Assembly: GCF_044704955.1 (NCBI RefSeq)
Contig: NC_091980.1
Coordinates: 275,652,001-275,716,000 of the forward strand
Source of the DNA: Pristiophorus japonicus
Lineage: Eukaryota
Reading direction: 5' to 3'
DNA: 64,000 nt
A program made the translations under genes and the position numbers. The first letter of the stretch is position 1; each line of letters begins with the position of its first letter. This document shows positions 63,731 through 64,000 of this stretch, one piece after another. Under the pieces are notes generated by a model. That model had not been told where the DNA came from, searched no databases, and worked only from the letters and a program-made list of their open reading frames with translations.

Positions 63731-63940
63731 TACCACAGAAAGTTGTTGAGGCCAATTCACTAAATATATTCAAAAAGGAGTTAGATGAAGTCCTTACTAC
63801 TAGGGGAATCAAGGGGTATGGTGAGAAAGCAGGAATGGGGTACTGAAGTTGCATGTTCAGCCATGAACTCATTGAATGGCGGTGCAGGCTAGAAGGGCCG
63901 AATGGCCGACTCCTGCACTTATTTTCTATGTTTCTATGTT
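63731..63940 (+). mobile_element. CR1 3' end
   Basis: TACCACAGAAAGTTGTTGAGGCC...; (TTTCTATG)n tail. Confidence 0.88.
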
Positions 63941-64000
63941 CAGTATGTAGTTTGAGACCTAGCATGTCAGGTCTCTTATTGAAACACCTGCGAACTCATC

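Overview
Vertebrate nuclear DNA, most likely from a shark (chondrichthyan), inferred from the CR1/HER LINEs, DeuSINE/SacSINE-like SINEs and Penelope remnants. The gene block matches the order I recall for human 14q32: ITPK1 (- strand; first coding exon 35441-35535 and a 25-nt micro-exon 5078-5102, separated by a 30-kb TE-rich intron), LYSET/TMEM251 (+; CDS 47488-47883), GON7 (-; two exons, 104 aa) and UBR7 (+; exon 1). GON7 and UBR7 sit head-to-head, with start codons about 300 bp apart. The ITPK1 intron holds an apparently full-length RTE LINE (8-bp TSD) with a complete but decayed Gypsy LTR retrotransposon (5-bp TSD) nested inside it. The most unusual element is at 42378-42886: two head-to-tail ~235-bp poly(A)-tailed units bounded by a triplicated 13-bp TSD. 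Each unit is a mosaic of spliceosomal snRNA pieces (U2 3' stem-loops, then the U2 5' end, then U6/U4-like motifs), making it a candidate new snRNA-derived retroposon. Family names come from recalled sequences, not database searches, and repeat boundaries are approximate unless a TSD is given.
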